DNA of 64,000 nucleotides, taken from Eledone cirrhosa (Eukaryota). The position numbers were made by a program, and so were the translations under genes. The notes under the pieces are model-generated. The model was not told where the DNA came from, made no database searches, and saw only the letters and a list, made by a program, of their open reading frames with translations. The DNA lies in assembly GCA_964016885.1 (NCBI GenBank), contig OZ024740.1:129518001-129582000 (forward strand). Reading direction: 5' to 3'. The first letter of the stretch is position 1. Each line of letters begins with the position of its first letter. Shown here piece after piece: positions 1-15,458 of this stretch.

Positions 1-927
1 GCAAATATATATGTGTGCATGTATGTATATATATACATACTACTGTACGTCTCTATACATATATGTGTGTACGTATACATACGTATATTTAAGTAACAAC
101 CGTACTAAGAGTGAGACATGAAATATTGTTTCATTTTTTCCGTTTATATATACAGAGAGAGGAGGATAAAAAATAAGACGTTCCACTGGGCTAGCGTTGG
201 TTGATCGTCAGTCGAAAAATTATTTTCGGCGTAATATCACTAAGTTTCTACACTAAACATACAATCTGAAGATGCGTTTCTGTGTGACCTCCCATCAGTT
301 AAATGTGTGAGATATACCAATTGTTGTTTGTGCCCGTTTGTTAATTTGATGTGTGTACAAGAATGAGATCGATAACTATCATTATCCTTGTAATCTTATT
401 GATTTTGTTTAATCGAGTTGAAGTTCAATTTTGGACTAAAATTCAATATTTCCTTATCTCTTCTCAGATGAATAATATTATATTAGCTGGTCAGTATTTG
501 TTAGAACTTTATCTATTTTCTGCTCATATATACGAATGTACATAATTTGTCTATGCTTGAGGCGGTAGATCTGTGCACATGTATATGATCATGTAGATAT
601 TTTAGTATATGTATTTATATATATATATGATGGCTGACCCCTCGTTATCGAGTATGGCCATTGCACGATGTACCATTATTAATAATTATTAAATAATTCT
701 ACCGTGCATTCCCTGTGCGGGATGATATTTTTAAAGTGAGGAAAGACTGTGCACTGAGCCAATTCCACTCTCTGAGCGACAGTAGCTATAACCCGAAAAG
801 AAGAAAAGATCAACACCATCGGTTTATTACTGAGCCGCAGGTTTTATATCGGTGTTATTCCAGTTTCCCGAGCTGCATACACATATATATATATACATAC
901 ATATATATATGTATGTATATGTATGTA

Positions 928-2830
<1,903 letters not shown>

Positions 2831-2834
2831 GGTC

Positions 2835-2888
<54 letters not shown>

Positions 2889-3109
2889 GTATTTGTGTGT
2901 GTGTATAACTATGTATGTATATGCCTATAGTGAGGTCTGTTGTCAGATAAATATGTGGATTCCAATGTTAACCATCTTTTCTTTGAAAGTATATACTTCT
3001 GCCATCCTCTTCATAAAGTCATTTTGTATTGTATATCATCAGATGTATATTGATAATGTATAGTTTTGTACTAGTTAAAGCCGTTAGTTACAAATACATG
3101 TTTCGCTTT

Positions 3110-3142
<33 letters not shown>

Positions 3143-3250
3143 CAAAACTTAATACTAACCAATACTATTACTAATTATCACTTATTCCTAATTAAACTAT
3201 TTTTCACTGTGAACAATTTATCAGGATTTTCTATTCCGTTTACCAATATA

Positions 3251-3335
<85 letters not shown>

Positions 3336-4708
3336 CTAATATCTGACACAACTTATTTTCACAACTAGAATATTATCAAGTTTGTCTTTTTTCATTCGAG
3401 ATTTGACATTGATAAGTTTATCTATTGATACAAAATGAGAAATGAGTATGAGGCCAGAATCAAACATATTAATTCGGAGTATGTGATGAAGCATATCATG
3501 TTAGCAGTGTTGATTTGAAATTACATTATATAAAGTACGCAGTTGAAATGTTTTAATGTTTTTCAAGAAATGATAACATTCATGGGCTATTTGTATTTGT
3601 TTGTATTTATTCGCTGTTTAAACAAGTGAATGTATATATTATGCACTTGGCTTGATAGGTGTATTGAAAAAGTAAATGCAGCAGAGAGACTAAAAACATT
3701 TCGACAACATTATTTTAGTGTAAATCATGAATCAATATATCTTAGATACTTGAAGTATTCTAACGGTAAAGTGGGAAAGAGCCTGGATCTTCATTCATAC
3801 AATCATATATATATTAATATATTTATATTTATATATGTATATATATTATATATATATACATATATATACGCGCGCGCGTGTGTGGGGGGTGGGGGAGAGG
3901 GGGTGATTGTTTGTGTGTATGTATGTATTTGTTCAGTAAAAGTTGCTTTGGTAAAAAAACAGCAGTAAAAATGAAGAAAGCTACATTCATAGTGTGTAGT
4001 TACGATGGAGATTCAGTATAAGAATAACATTAACAAAGATGCTAATATTACGTATATCGGTTATTCATTATAATTATTTCAATAGTTATCGTATGTATTC
4101 AATGATGTAATGTATGCATTTGCAGTTGCTAAGGAAACGGTACCTACAGACGAAAATCTGATCACGTGATATGCCACAGTAAAAAATATATATACATATA
4201 TAATTATCAGAAACTATAACGTTCTTCAAAAGATAGCCGATGAGCGCGGGAATTGACCTTATGTTTGTGTCTTCCTGGTTTTCTTTTTTTCCTCAGTATC
4301 ATAGTAATGGCACAGTCGAATTTTTAAAGCAAACTCTTGTTTACTACCGATGTGTCACAGTCATATGTACACACACACATATCACCTCATCTTTCTTAAA
4401 CACTCCTATCTATATGTATTCCTCCCTGTGCCTCCCTTTTAGTTATTAATACCACCCTACTTACGACTTTCGTTGCTACTAGCCTACACAACACTTCTGT
4501 TTATATTTTGTGTCCTGCTTTTGCGATCTGACCACTGTCTAGATCATTCTATATCGTTTATTGTCCTGCATGCTATATTGGTTCTAGGACAAATGCCCAA
4601 AGTGTTACTACCGAAAGGTTACTACCAAGCCTTATGTATATGGCTTTCGAATGTAACAATTGTCGTGTCCCATATTGGGATGTCAATATTTCTTTATCGT
4701 TTGATTTG

Positions 4709-4765
<57 letters not shown>

Positions 4766-4784
4766 TTATTATTGTTTCCCTGTA

Positions 4785-4905
4785 CAGTCTGAGTTCAAAT
4801 CCCGCCGAGGTTAATTTTGCCTTTCATCCTTACGGGGTCTATAAAATAAAGTACCAGTAATGTACTGGGTAATTGCTGTCCTTGTACCTAAAGTAGAAAC
4901 AATTA
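4785..4905 (+). mobile_element. tRNA-derived SINE (family 1), 5'-truncated
   Basis: B-box-like GAGTTCAAATCCC followed by GCCGAGGTTAATTTTGCCTTTCATCCTTACGGGGTC...AAAGTAGAAACAATTATT; the same sequence recurs at five other sites in the window. Confidence 0.85.
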
Positions 4906-4937
4906 TTGTGATATACATATAAATATATATAGAAATA

Positions 4938-5066
4938 CCCGTCGGAACGCCTTGAGCTCTGCCGTCGGAGTTATACATTTTCCTATTACCCACTCTACTA
5001 CCCTAAGTATTGAGTACGCTGGTGTGTTATGGTCCAACTGGTTCCATATCACACTTTCTTCGTTAT
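4938..5066 (+). repeat. pLTR-like repeat family G fragment (3' half of HHR + tail)
   Basis: GAGCTCTGCCGTCGG...TATTACCCACTCTACTACCCTAAGTATTGAGTAC...GGTCCA.CTGGTTCC is shared with 27507, 40085, 41965, 51813 and 55591. Confidence 0.75.
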
Positions 5067-5260
5067 ATATATAACAAACCACTCTTCACTGATTGACCAC
5101 GATGTCACGTGATTGATTCTTTTGAATTTGACACCAACGCAGTAGTGATTTTTCCAATGGCTTTGAATTTAATCCACGCTTAGCTTTTTTCCATCCACTG
5201 AATTATGTTTGTATAAGTTCCCTGTGTCCACGTATTGCCTGGAAACTTAGCTGAGAATAG

Positions 5261-5342
5261 ACTTCCCTGATGACGAAGGGCTTCTCCGTACGTTTCTTCG
5301 GAAACTATCTTTATACCCTTTCAGAAACTAATTAGTTGGAGT
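5261..5342 (+). ncRNA. Type I hammerhead ribozyme motif (family A, copy 1)
   Basis: ACTTCC-CTGATGA(5267)-C GAAGGG...CCCTTTC A-GAAA(5324)-CTAATTAG (palindromic stem III)-TT-GGAGT. Confidence 0.72.
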
Positions 5343-5784
5343 GAAATTTTAGTAAGTAAGTTAATTTTATAATTTTCTTATTTTACGTCTCTCATATTAT
5401 TGTTCTGCATCCCCATGCATTGAACCACAAAGTTACTAAGACAAAACCTATACATTTGCAAGCATAAGTATGCATCTGTGTATATATATGTTACTAGATA
5501 TACTAATTCTTTAGAATTACCTCCAAATTATTTTGTCGAGCAAAAATTGGCCAAAACTGCTACTATAGTAACAGTCCGGCTGCTGTCTTCTTAACAAACC
5601 ACTCTTCACTGATTGACCTCGATGTCACGTGATTGATTCTTTTGAATTTGCCACCGACGCAGTAGGCAGTGATTTTTCCAATGGCTTGGAATTTAGTCCA
5701 CGCTTTGCTTTTTTCCATCCATTGAATTATTTTTGTATAAGTTCCCTGTTTCCACGTATTGCCTGGAAACTTAGCTGAGAATAG

Positions 5785-5866
5785 ACTTCCCTGATGACGA
5801 AGGGCTTCTCCGTACGTTTCTTCGGAAAGCATGTATATTCCCTTTCAGAAACTAATTAGTTGGAGT
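5785..5866 (+). ncRNA. Type I hammerhead ribozyme motif (family A, copy 2)
   Basis: Same architecture as 5261-5342. CTGATGA at 5791, GAAA at 5848; differences between the copies are confined to the stem II loop. Confidence 0.72.
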
Positions 5867-5911
5867 GAAATTTTAGTAAGTAAGTTAATTTTATAATTTT
5901 CTTATTTTACG

Positions 5912-5960
<49 letters not shown>

Positions 5961-6069
5961 TATGCATACATATATACACATACATATATACCCATTTGGA
6001 TGTAGCCATATACTGTTTTTTTCTGTGTATATATATATACACAGAAAGAGTATATGGCTACATCCTTCT

Positions 6070-6123
<54 letters not shown>

Positions 6124-6771
6124 GTAATCAGGTTTGGACCACGTACATACATATACATTCATACATACATACATACCTTCAGATACCACAAATTAATTAC
6201 ACTCAATGAATTAATATGAACCCATTACCATATATCAGCGCCCGATATTGTTATTTTTAATGGTTTGTATAATTCACTTTCCTCCTGATATGATTGATAT
6301 AATCTAAACAACCATCAGCTAGTGTTATATGAAATATACCATAATACATTTCCTAGAATGAGGAAGTGATACAAGTTACAAAACGAATCAAACAATTTCG
6401 AACTAAAGCACTGGCAAAAATATTAAAGAAAGACAAAGACGTTGTGAACAAAAATATATTCAAGTAGTGATATAGAATGAAGCAAATATAACAGTATGAA
6501 TACCTACGCTTATGAGATTTGAAGTCATAATGTCATTCGAATGAAAAGGAACATTGTATATGGGTGAAGGTATTGTTTGTTTGAAAAATAGAAACATTTT
6601 TTGTTTGGAATGAATATTGAACATGAATGTAGGAAAACTCTTGAAACGTAAAAGAAAACTCATCTCGTTAATCCCAAAGCCTTCCTCTTTAAACCGTTCA
6701 AGATAACTTATAAGTGTATGCACACAAACATGATAACAAACACAAATACACAAACTGATACAAACACATAC

Positions 6772-6833
<62 letters not shown>

Positions 6834-6898
6834 TATATGTGTGTGGTATAAACTTCGGCTATTTGTGTTCGTACGTGTACGTGCATGTGTGTTTATAT

Positions 6899-6979
<81 letters not shown>

Positions 6980-8624
6980 GTAAATTCAGCGAGAATCGCA
7001 TTTCGGCGGCTAGAACAAGCGAAACGTAACGCAAATTCCGCGTCATGTTGGCAAGTGATTTTAATCAAAGTATATTTATATATACCTATATATATTCTTA
7101 TACTTAGATTAAAATCATTTGAATCACTTCCTTATTCTAAAAGCAGCATTATGATATATATTATATACCATTTCTTGTTGGTTTTATATATATATATATA
7201 TATATACATATATACGTATACTTATACTGCAAACTCCACAACGGAAGGCGCTCACAGGGATGACTATTGAAACGTTTCAAGAGTTTTGCAATGTATAACA
7301 TGGCGTTCAAGTTCTTACAGCTTAGACATGCATATGGGTGTCTCTTATACGCCCTGGGATCAACAGCAGAATCAGAAATGGGAATTACAGAAGAAAACGA
7401 AAATCTGCAAATTCAAAACTTCATTTGTACCACAGTCCCCCATTTTCTGCATCTATTCCCTTCAAATATTGAAAGCGAAAGTACACCTAAGAAACAGACT
7501 TGTGCGTGTGTCTTTATTGGCAGTATGACACTCCCAAAGTATAAAAATATATATATATGTATAAATATGTGTGTGTGTGCGCGCATGTGTGTGTGTGTGT
7601 GAGAGAGAGTCTGTGCGTGCGATTCATGTGTGTATGTATGTATGCGTTTATCTATATAAGTAGCAATAAACGTAGGAGTGAAATAGGGAAATGTAAAACA
7701 GTGATCATTAGGGAAGAGAGCTGAAATATATGGACCGCAATATGGACCACAATTGTGACCTAATCTTCTGGCGCATATACGAGTTCTAATTGGCCGAAGA
7801 ATAGGTAAAAAAATGCTGCTCCCTCTTATAATCTGGAAATATGATTAATATTGCTCCAATTACGTGCTGAACTGCAACAAAGTAAGAAACATGCTTCTGC
7901 TTCTGTCCTTTCGGATTGCTGACCGTGTAACTGTCAGGACTTCTTGTCCTCATGCTACCATCTACAACTTTAGCCAAAGCACTACGTTAAGCTTCCGGAG
8001 AAACAGTGCATCAATGCTACTGTGACCCACCACGCAGCCAAAGCTATTGTATTATTCAAGTGAATGACGGATGTCCTCCTTACAGAACCATTCAAACGAA
8101 CTGTTCATGAATGATGGGACTCTCTAGAGATATCATCCATAGCATTGTATTGAAGAACTTTGTGAAGTACCGGAGAACAATTCTTCTTCTGTTTTAAGGA
8201 AATCAAAACGGACTAAGGTAAAAGAACGATGGTGGAAGCTGTGCATTGAAAGTTTTAATAAAACCAATTGCAAAATGGTTAAGAGGGAAATGAAAACAAA
8301 AACTGGAAAAATAAACGATCGAGAGACATTAGAATGGTAGTAAGATCTCAAACGTTTGATTAATTGTATAAGGAATCAAATTAGAAGACTTGTAGATTGT
8401 TTGGTAAACAATAACGAAGAATTGCAGGCATGTGCAGCAGAATTATATGAGTATAAATGCTGATTACATATTGTATAAGAAAGAGTTTATCCAAATATTT
8501 AAAGGATGTAAGTACTGGAAACATAAATGCATGTGCAGTTTGAAAAAAAGAAATACACTGTATATCAAGTATAAAATAACATCATGGAGTTGGCTTAAGT
8601 GAGTGTGTGTGTGGGGGGTAGGGG

Positions 8625-9260
8625 GGGATTTGAAATGTGCCAAGGAGAGTTTTATGAATGCAGCACAAGACAAAGCTCTTGATACCAATGCCGTTAATTA
8701 TAAGGTCGCCAAATCTCCTGACACCCAGAAATGCACACTCAATGAAAAGTATGTGAAACATGTAGTCTGTTTTTCCCTTCATTGGGTGTCATGTTGAAAA
8801 TACAAATACAAAGTAATAACGTGTTCGCATAAGCAGGTATCTTGTAAATTAATGCATAAATATAGGAAAGCCAAAATATTCAAACATTGTTGTTTTGAAC
8901 AAGGAAGACAAATACTGTCAGATCATAGGCATGTTCATACCAAACGACATGAACATTTTAGATAAAGAGGTTGAAAAAATCATCAAGATGGCAAGACCGT
9001 TTAGAATGCGGGAGGGTAATGTTAAAGTGAAATCAGTTGTGCTCGGAGCATTAGAATCAATCACATTGAAACTTGGAAACCACTTAAAATGGTTGAAAAT
9101 ACCATGAATGTTCGGTGTCAAACACAAACAGGCGTTGCTGGGCACTGTGCGCATTTTAATGAACGTATTATATTAATATATCTGGGTTCCTTGTATAGTG
9201 ACTTAACAGATGATAAATACTAATGATAAATACCATCTACACTGCCTGACAAAGTAATAA
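8625..9260 (+). mobile_element. Old, diverged R4/Dong-like RLE retrotransposon 3' fragment
   Basis: DLKCAKESFMNAAQDKALDT aligns with DLKKATEGMIMAAQEQALKT of the downstream copies; VKVKSVVLGAL and ALLGTVRIL match the RLE C-terminus. Many stops and frameshifts. Confidence 0.7.
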
Positions 9261-9339
9261 CGGGAGCAGTTAGTAGAACGTTAGATGCAGGGCTTGAAAA
9301 CTAGGAAATGGCATCATAGTGTGATTATTGTAGAAAACA

Positions 9340-9490
9340 TCCTATCTAGAAACACCAAAGATGATAATGAGGATGTTTGAACGTTGAAGGAGAAGGAATG
9401 AGTCAAAGAACCTTTGACCAGTGGCTATGGCTCGCTTCTTTGGTATAGATTCGGTATAACATCTGCCGCAGCAAAAGTTACGAATAATTG
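9340..9490 (+). mobile_element. 3' tip of another R4/Dong-like family with (TAA)n tail (9491-9611)
   Basis: YLETPKMIMRMFER* resembles the terminal LLGTARTLRYVLNI*; a short UTR and ~40 TAA units follow. Confidence 0.45.
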
Positions 9491-9509
9491 TAATAATAAT
9501 AATAATTAA

Positions 9510-10608
<1,099 letters not shown>

Positions 10609-10619
10609 ATAACAACAAC

Positions 10620-10706
<87 letters not shown>

Positions 10707-10707
10707 T

Positions 10708-13700
10708 TGGATGACAGCCAGGTCCCTGCTGCTGGGATAGGGAGCACCTGCTGGGTGGGTGTATGTCACATGACGTTCCTAGTCTTCACTTCACCGTTAT
10801 TCGAACTGTTTAAGTTCGACATTTAAACACTCATATCGAGGATTGGTGAACGTATAGTGATATATATAACCACCGTATGATGATATGTATAACCACCGGT
10901 GATATCATCACCCGCAGTGATTTGATCACCCCCGGTGATTTTAGCGTGGCACTATCACGCTGTAGACGAACATGACTAAATAAACAAATAAATAGGTAAA
11001 AATTGTAAAATACTGCTGGTGCTGGAGGAAGAAGAAGAAGGAAAGGGACCAGAACCAACTGGACGAAAGAATTGAATAGAACGGTTATGCAATGTTACCT
11101 GAAGAGTAACCCCGTGGAAAAAGGCTATAGGAAACGGATGCATAACATCTGGAACGAGATTGGTCTATTTAAATTAGATGAACAAAAATCGGCTGGGCAG
11201 GCTCGGGTAATAAAAACTAATGGATGGATAAGTGAGCTGGAACTGGAGGAACTGAACAGAGATTAGGTTGAAAATGGAGAGTGGTGTATGCCAGGCAAAT
11301 GAGCCAGAGGGAAATGAAGGTGAAGAGGTTGAGAGACCGGAGAAAGCATTCGAAGCAGACGATGATCTGAATGCTGAGATAAATAATACCTGGAACAAAG
11401 ATACGGCCATCGAGGAGATTAATCCTGACGCGCGAGGACAAGATTTGGCTGATATCCTAAATTTAGTGGTAGATAAAATGAACAATGATAGTGGTAAACC
11501 TATGAACATAAGATTTGTAGACAGTAACAAAGTTAAAAGAAACAACAGCTAAGGTAAACAAAGGTATCCCATACCTTGAGGCGAGGAACCTTCACCAATG
11601 AAACAATATCCTCAAAGCAACAGCAAACGCGGTGAGGAAATTACTTGGCATGAAAACAAGAGGAAACTACAAACAAGAAAGTTCAGAACCTTGGTGGAAG
11701 AAACGACTAAATGGTCAAATCAAGGAAATGAGAAAAGACATTGGAAAGCTTGTATTCCTACTGAATGGGACATTACTAAACATAGACACTAAAAATAGTT
11801 TGGAAATAAAGTACAAAACTAGAGGGGAAAAAGCTAAATATTATCAGAGTGTAACTGAAGCAACGCATTGTATAAAAGAGTCCAAAGATTGGGCGTAGGA
11901 GGGCAGTGTTAGTCAGTATAGACAGAACCACATGTTTGACAACAACCAGAAGATGTTGTTTGGACAGATTGAAGGGAAATAAATAGGCAACGACATAATC
12001 CCTGAGGCGGAACAGACTAAGGAATTCTGGAGAGGAATATGGGAGCAGGATGTTGAACATAATGATCAGGCAGTGTGGATTGAGACAGTACAAAAGGAGA
12101 TTAGTGAACAGGCACACCAACAAACTGATTTGAGTATCGCAGTTGAAACTCTTAAATGGCAGCCCCCAAAACTAACCAACTGGAAATCACCAGGCCGAGA
12201 TGCTGTGTAGTGGCATTGGATTAAAAATATAACATCCCTCCACCCGAAACTGACGACCATGGTCAATGACTGCTTGATGTCAAGTGAGGTACCAGAGTGG
12301 TTGACAAAAGGTACCACAGTTCTGGTAATGAAAGACCGAATCAAGGGTAATGATGTTGCCAACTATAGACCTATGACATGTGTGTCTGTAATGTGGAAAC
12401 TGTTAACAAGCATTGTGTCTGAGGAAATCTACCATCACCTCCACATAAACAACTTGTTACCGGACGAACAGAAAGGATGCCGAAAGAAGACCCGTAGTAC
12501 AAAAGACCAGTTACTTATTGATAAGATAGTAATGAGGAATTTCAAGAGGAGAAACACTGGTCTTGCCTTGGGATGGGTAGATTACAAAAAGGCATTCGAC
12601 ATGGTGCCTCATTCTTTGATCACCAAAAGCCTAGAGATCTTCAAGGTGGCAGATAATATCAGACAGAAGTTGAGCAAAAGTATGAAGTCCTCGGAAAAAG
12701 AGTTAACATCGGGGGGAGAATCCTTGGGAGGCGTGAAGATCAAGAGAGATATCTTCCAGGGAGATAGTGTGTCTCCTCTGCTGTTTGTCATTGCCCTGAT
12801 GCCTCTGACCGCTATATTGCGAAAAGTGAGAGCAGGATAAACGTTGGGAAAGGGAGAGCTTACCATCAATCACCTCCTCTTCTGTGGACGATCTTAAACT
12901 CTTTGGGAAGAGTGAGAAGGCGTTGGATGTAAACGTTGACACTGTCCGTATTTTCAGCAATGATATATGTATAGAATTTGGTATTAATTAGTGTGGAGTC
13001 CTACCGATGAAGAGGGGGTAAATTGAGTAGAAGCAACGGAATTAAGGTACCAACAGGTGAGATGATAAAGGACATCGATACGGAAGAAGGATACAAATAT
13101 TTTGGTGGTCTAGAGGCAGATGACATCAAGAACAAAGAAATAAAGGATTTGATAAGATCTGAGTACATTAGGAGCGTAAGGAGCGTATTACAATCACATA
13201 TATATATAGTAGGAATGTCATAAGTGCAGTGAATTCCTGTTCTGTGTCTATTATTATGTAGAGTTCGGGAATTCTGAAATGGAATGTTGCTGAAAAAAAA
13301 GAAATGGATAGGAAGATAAGGAAGCTATTGACTATCTACAACATGCTCCACAGGAGGAGTGATGTCGATAGACACTGCTTAAAGAGATCTGAATGTGGAA
13401 GAGGTCTTATCAGAATAGAGGACTGTGTTCAGATGAAGAATAACAAACTGCACAAATACGTGACTGACAGTAGGGAGCCAATGCTGAAAGTTGTACTGAA
13501 AGAGAAGACAATATACCAGGGTATGTCCAAGGAAGAAATAACAACAAGGTGGTAGAGCAACCTTCATGAAAAAGCCCTTCATAGTACCTTCTTTGAGAAA
13601 ACTGAATTTAGAGATCCACAGACATGGAACTAGTTAAAACGAGGAGACCTTAAAAAGGTTACAGAACGATTGCTAATGGCTGCGCAAGAGCAGGCCCTCA

Positions 13701-14398
13701 GAACAAGTGTGGTGAAACACCATCATTACAAGAAGGAGGTTAATCCACTGTGTAGGATTTAGGAGATAGAGAAGGGACTGTGGCTCACATTGTATCCCAG
13801 TGTAAAGACCTTGCCCAGACTCACTATAAAGGCTGGGGACATGATGTGATGGGCAGGGTGATCCACTGGCACTTATTCAAAGTAAACAATTTACCACATT
13901 CTGAGAAGTGGTATGAGCATAAGCCTGAGTGGGTGATAGAAAACGATCAGGTGAAGATGCTATGGGATTTTAGGATACTGACGGACATGAAATCAGAACA
14001 CAATAGGCCTGACCTGTTGGTTTTGGACAAGGAAAAAGGATTGTGCCTGATTGTAGATGTAGCTTGCCCATTTGAGACGAGAATGCAAGAAAAGGAGAGG
14101 GAGAAAATTAACCGATACCAGGACATAAAATGGGGGTTAAAATTGATTTGGAACTGCCATGAGATCAAAGTCGTCCCGATTATCATACGCGCAGTAGGTA
14201 CTAACTCAAAGTGTTTCCAAGGAAGGTTAAACAAATTTAGCCCAGCCCCGTTTTTTGGAACACTTCAAAAGGCATGCTTGCTGGGAACAGCAAGGACACT
14301 CCGATATGTCCTGAATATCTGAGGCTGCAGGTAGCGACTTGATATTCATTTCAACAAACTCTCCAGTTCAATAACGTCAATGACTGAGACTCAAAGAA
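10708..14398 (+). mobile_element. Near full-length, decayed R4/Dong-clade non-LTR retrotransposon (N-terminus, RT, CCHC, RLE) with (TAA)n tail
   Basis: N-terminal WTKELNRTVMQCY..GYRKRMHNIW..EQ..ELELEEL; RT motifs NYRPMTC, QKGC, DQLLID, WVDYKKAFD, IFQGDSVSPLLF, (V)DDLKLF; GRGL; RLE NRPDLLVLD..IVDV; stop at 14322. Numerous internal stops and frameshifts. Confidence 0.93.
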
Positions 14399-14421
14399 TA
14401 ATAATAATAATTAACAATAAC

Positions 14422-14463
<42 letters not shown>

Positions 14464-14464
<1 letters not shown>

Positions 14465-15458
14465 GACTCTACTTAAAAGATCTAAAGGTGGAAGAGGTCT
14501 TATCAGCATAGAAGACTGTGTTCAGATGAAGCAAAACAATCTCCACAAATATGTGGCTGACATTAGGGAGCCGATGTTCAAAATTGTACTGAAGGAAGAG
14601 ACAATAGTCCAGGGGATGTACAAGGAGGAAATAACTGCAATGGGGAAGAGCATTCTTCATGAAAAATCCCTTCATAGCACCTTCTTTAAGAAAACGGAAT
14701 TCAGAGATCCTCAGACATGGAACTAGATAAAAAGATGAGATCTTTAAAAGGTTACGGCAGGAAAGCTAATGGCTGCGCAAGAGCAAGCCCTCAGAACGAA
14801 GTGGGTCAGACACCATATTGCCAAGAAAGAGGATAGCTCACTGTGTAGGATCTGTGGAGTGAGAGAGGAGGCTGTGGATCACATTGTATCCGAGTGTAAA
14901 CATATAGCCCAGACTCACTATAAAGGCTGGAGACATGATGTGATGGGCAGTGTGATGCACTGGCACCTATGCAAAGTTAACAATTTACCACATTCTGAGA
15001 AGTGCTATGAGCACAGGCCAGAGTCGGTGATAGAAAACGATAAAGGTGAAGGTGCTATGGGATTTTAGGATACACAATATGCGTGACCTGGTGGTTTTGG
15101 ACAAGGAAAATAGATCGTGCCTGATTGTAGATGTAGCCTTCCCATTTGACACGAGAGTGCAATAAATGGAGAGGGAGGAAATTAACCGATACCAGGACTT
15201 AAAGTGGGAGGTAAAAAGGATTTGGAACTGCCATAAGATCAAGGTCGTCGCGATTGTGATAGGTGCACTAGGTACTATCTCAAATCGTTTCCAAAGATGG
15301 TTACTATGTTCCCTTTTTGGAACACTTCAAAAGACATGCTTGCTGGGAACAGCAAGAACCCTCTGATACGTCCTGGATATCTGAGGATGCAGGTAGCGGC
15401 TTGATATTCATCCCAACAAACTTTCCAGTAAAATAACATCAATGACTGAGACTCAAAG
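14464..15458 (+). mobile_element. Second 5'-truncated, decayed copy of the same R4/Dong family
   Basis: Colinear with 13368-14398 and 9612-10608, same 3' UTR (GCAGGTAGCGGCTTGATATTCAT...GACTGAGACTCAAAG), short TAA tail. Confidence 0.92.

Larger units (their letters stand above)
5072..5921 (+). repeat. Partial tandem of PLE pLTR-like unit, family A (5072-5397 and 5592-5921), each with an HHR
   Basis: Two highly similar ~330-bp direct repeats separated by ~195 bp of unique sequence; the second ends in (TA)n. Confidence 0.88.

Noticed and set aside
175-215. Minus-strand CTGACGA...GGAACGTC, HHR-like
   Set aside because: No credible stem I or stem II pairing, and GAAA is absent.
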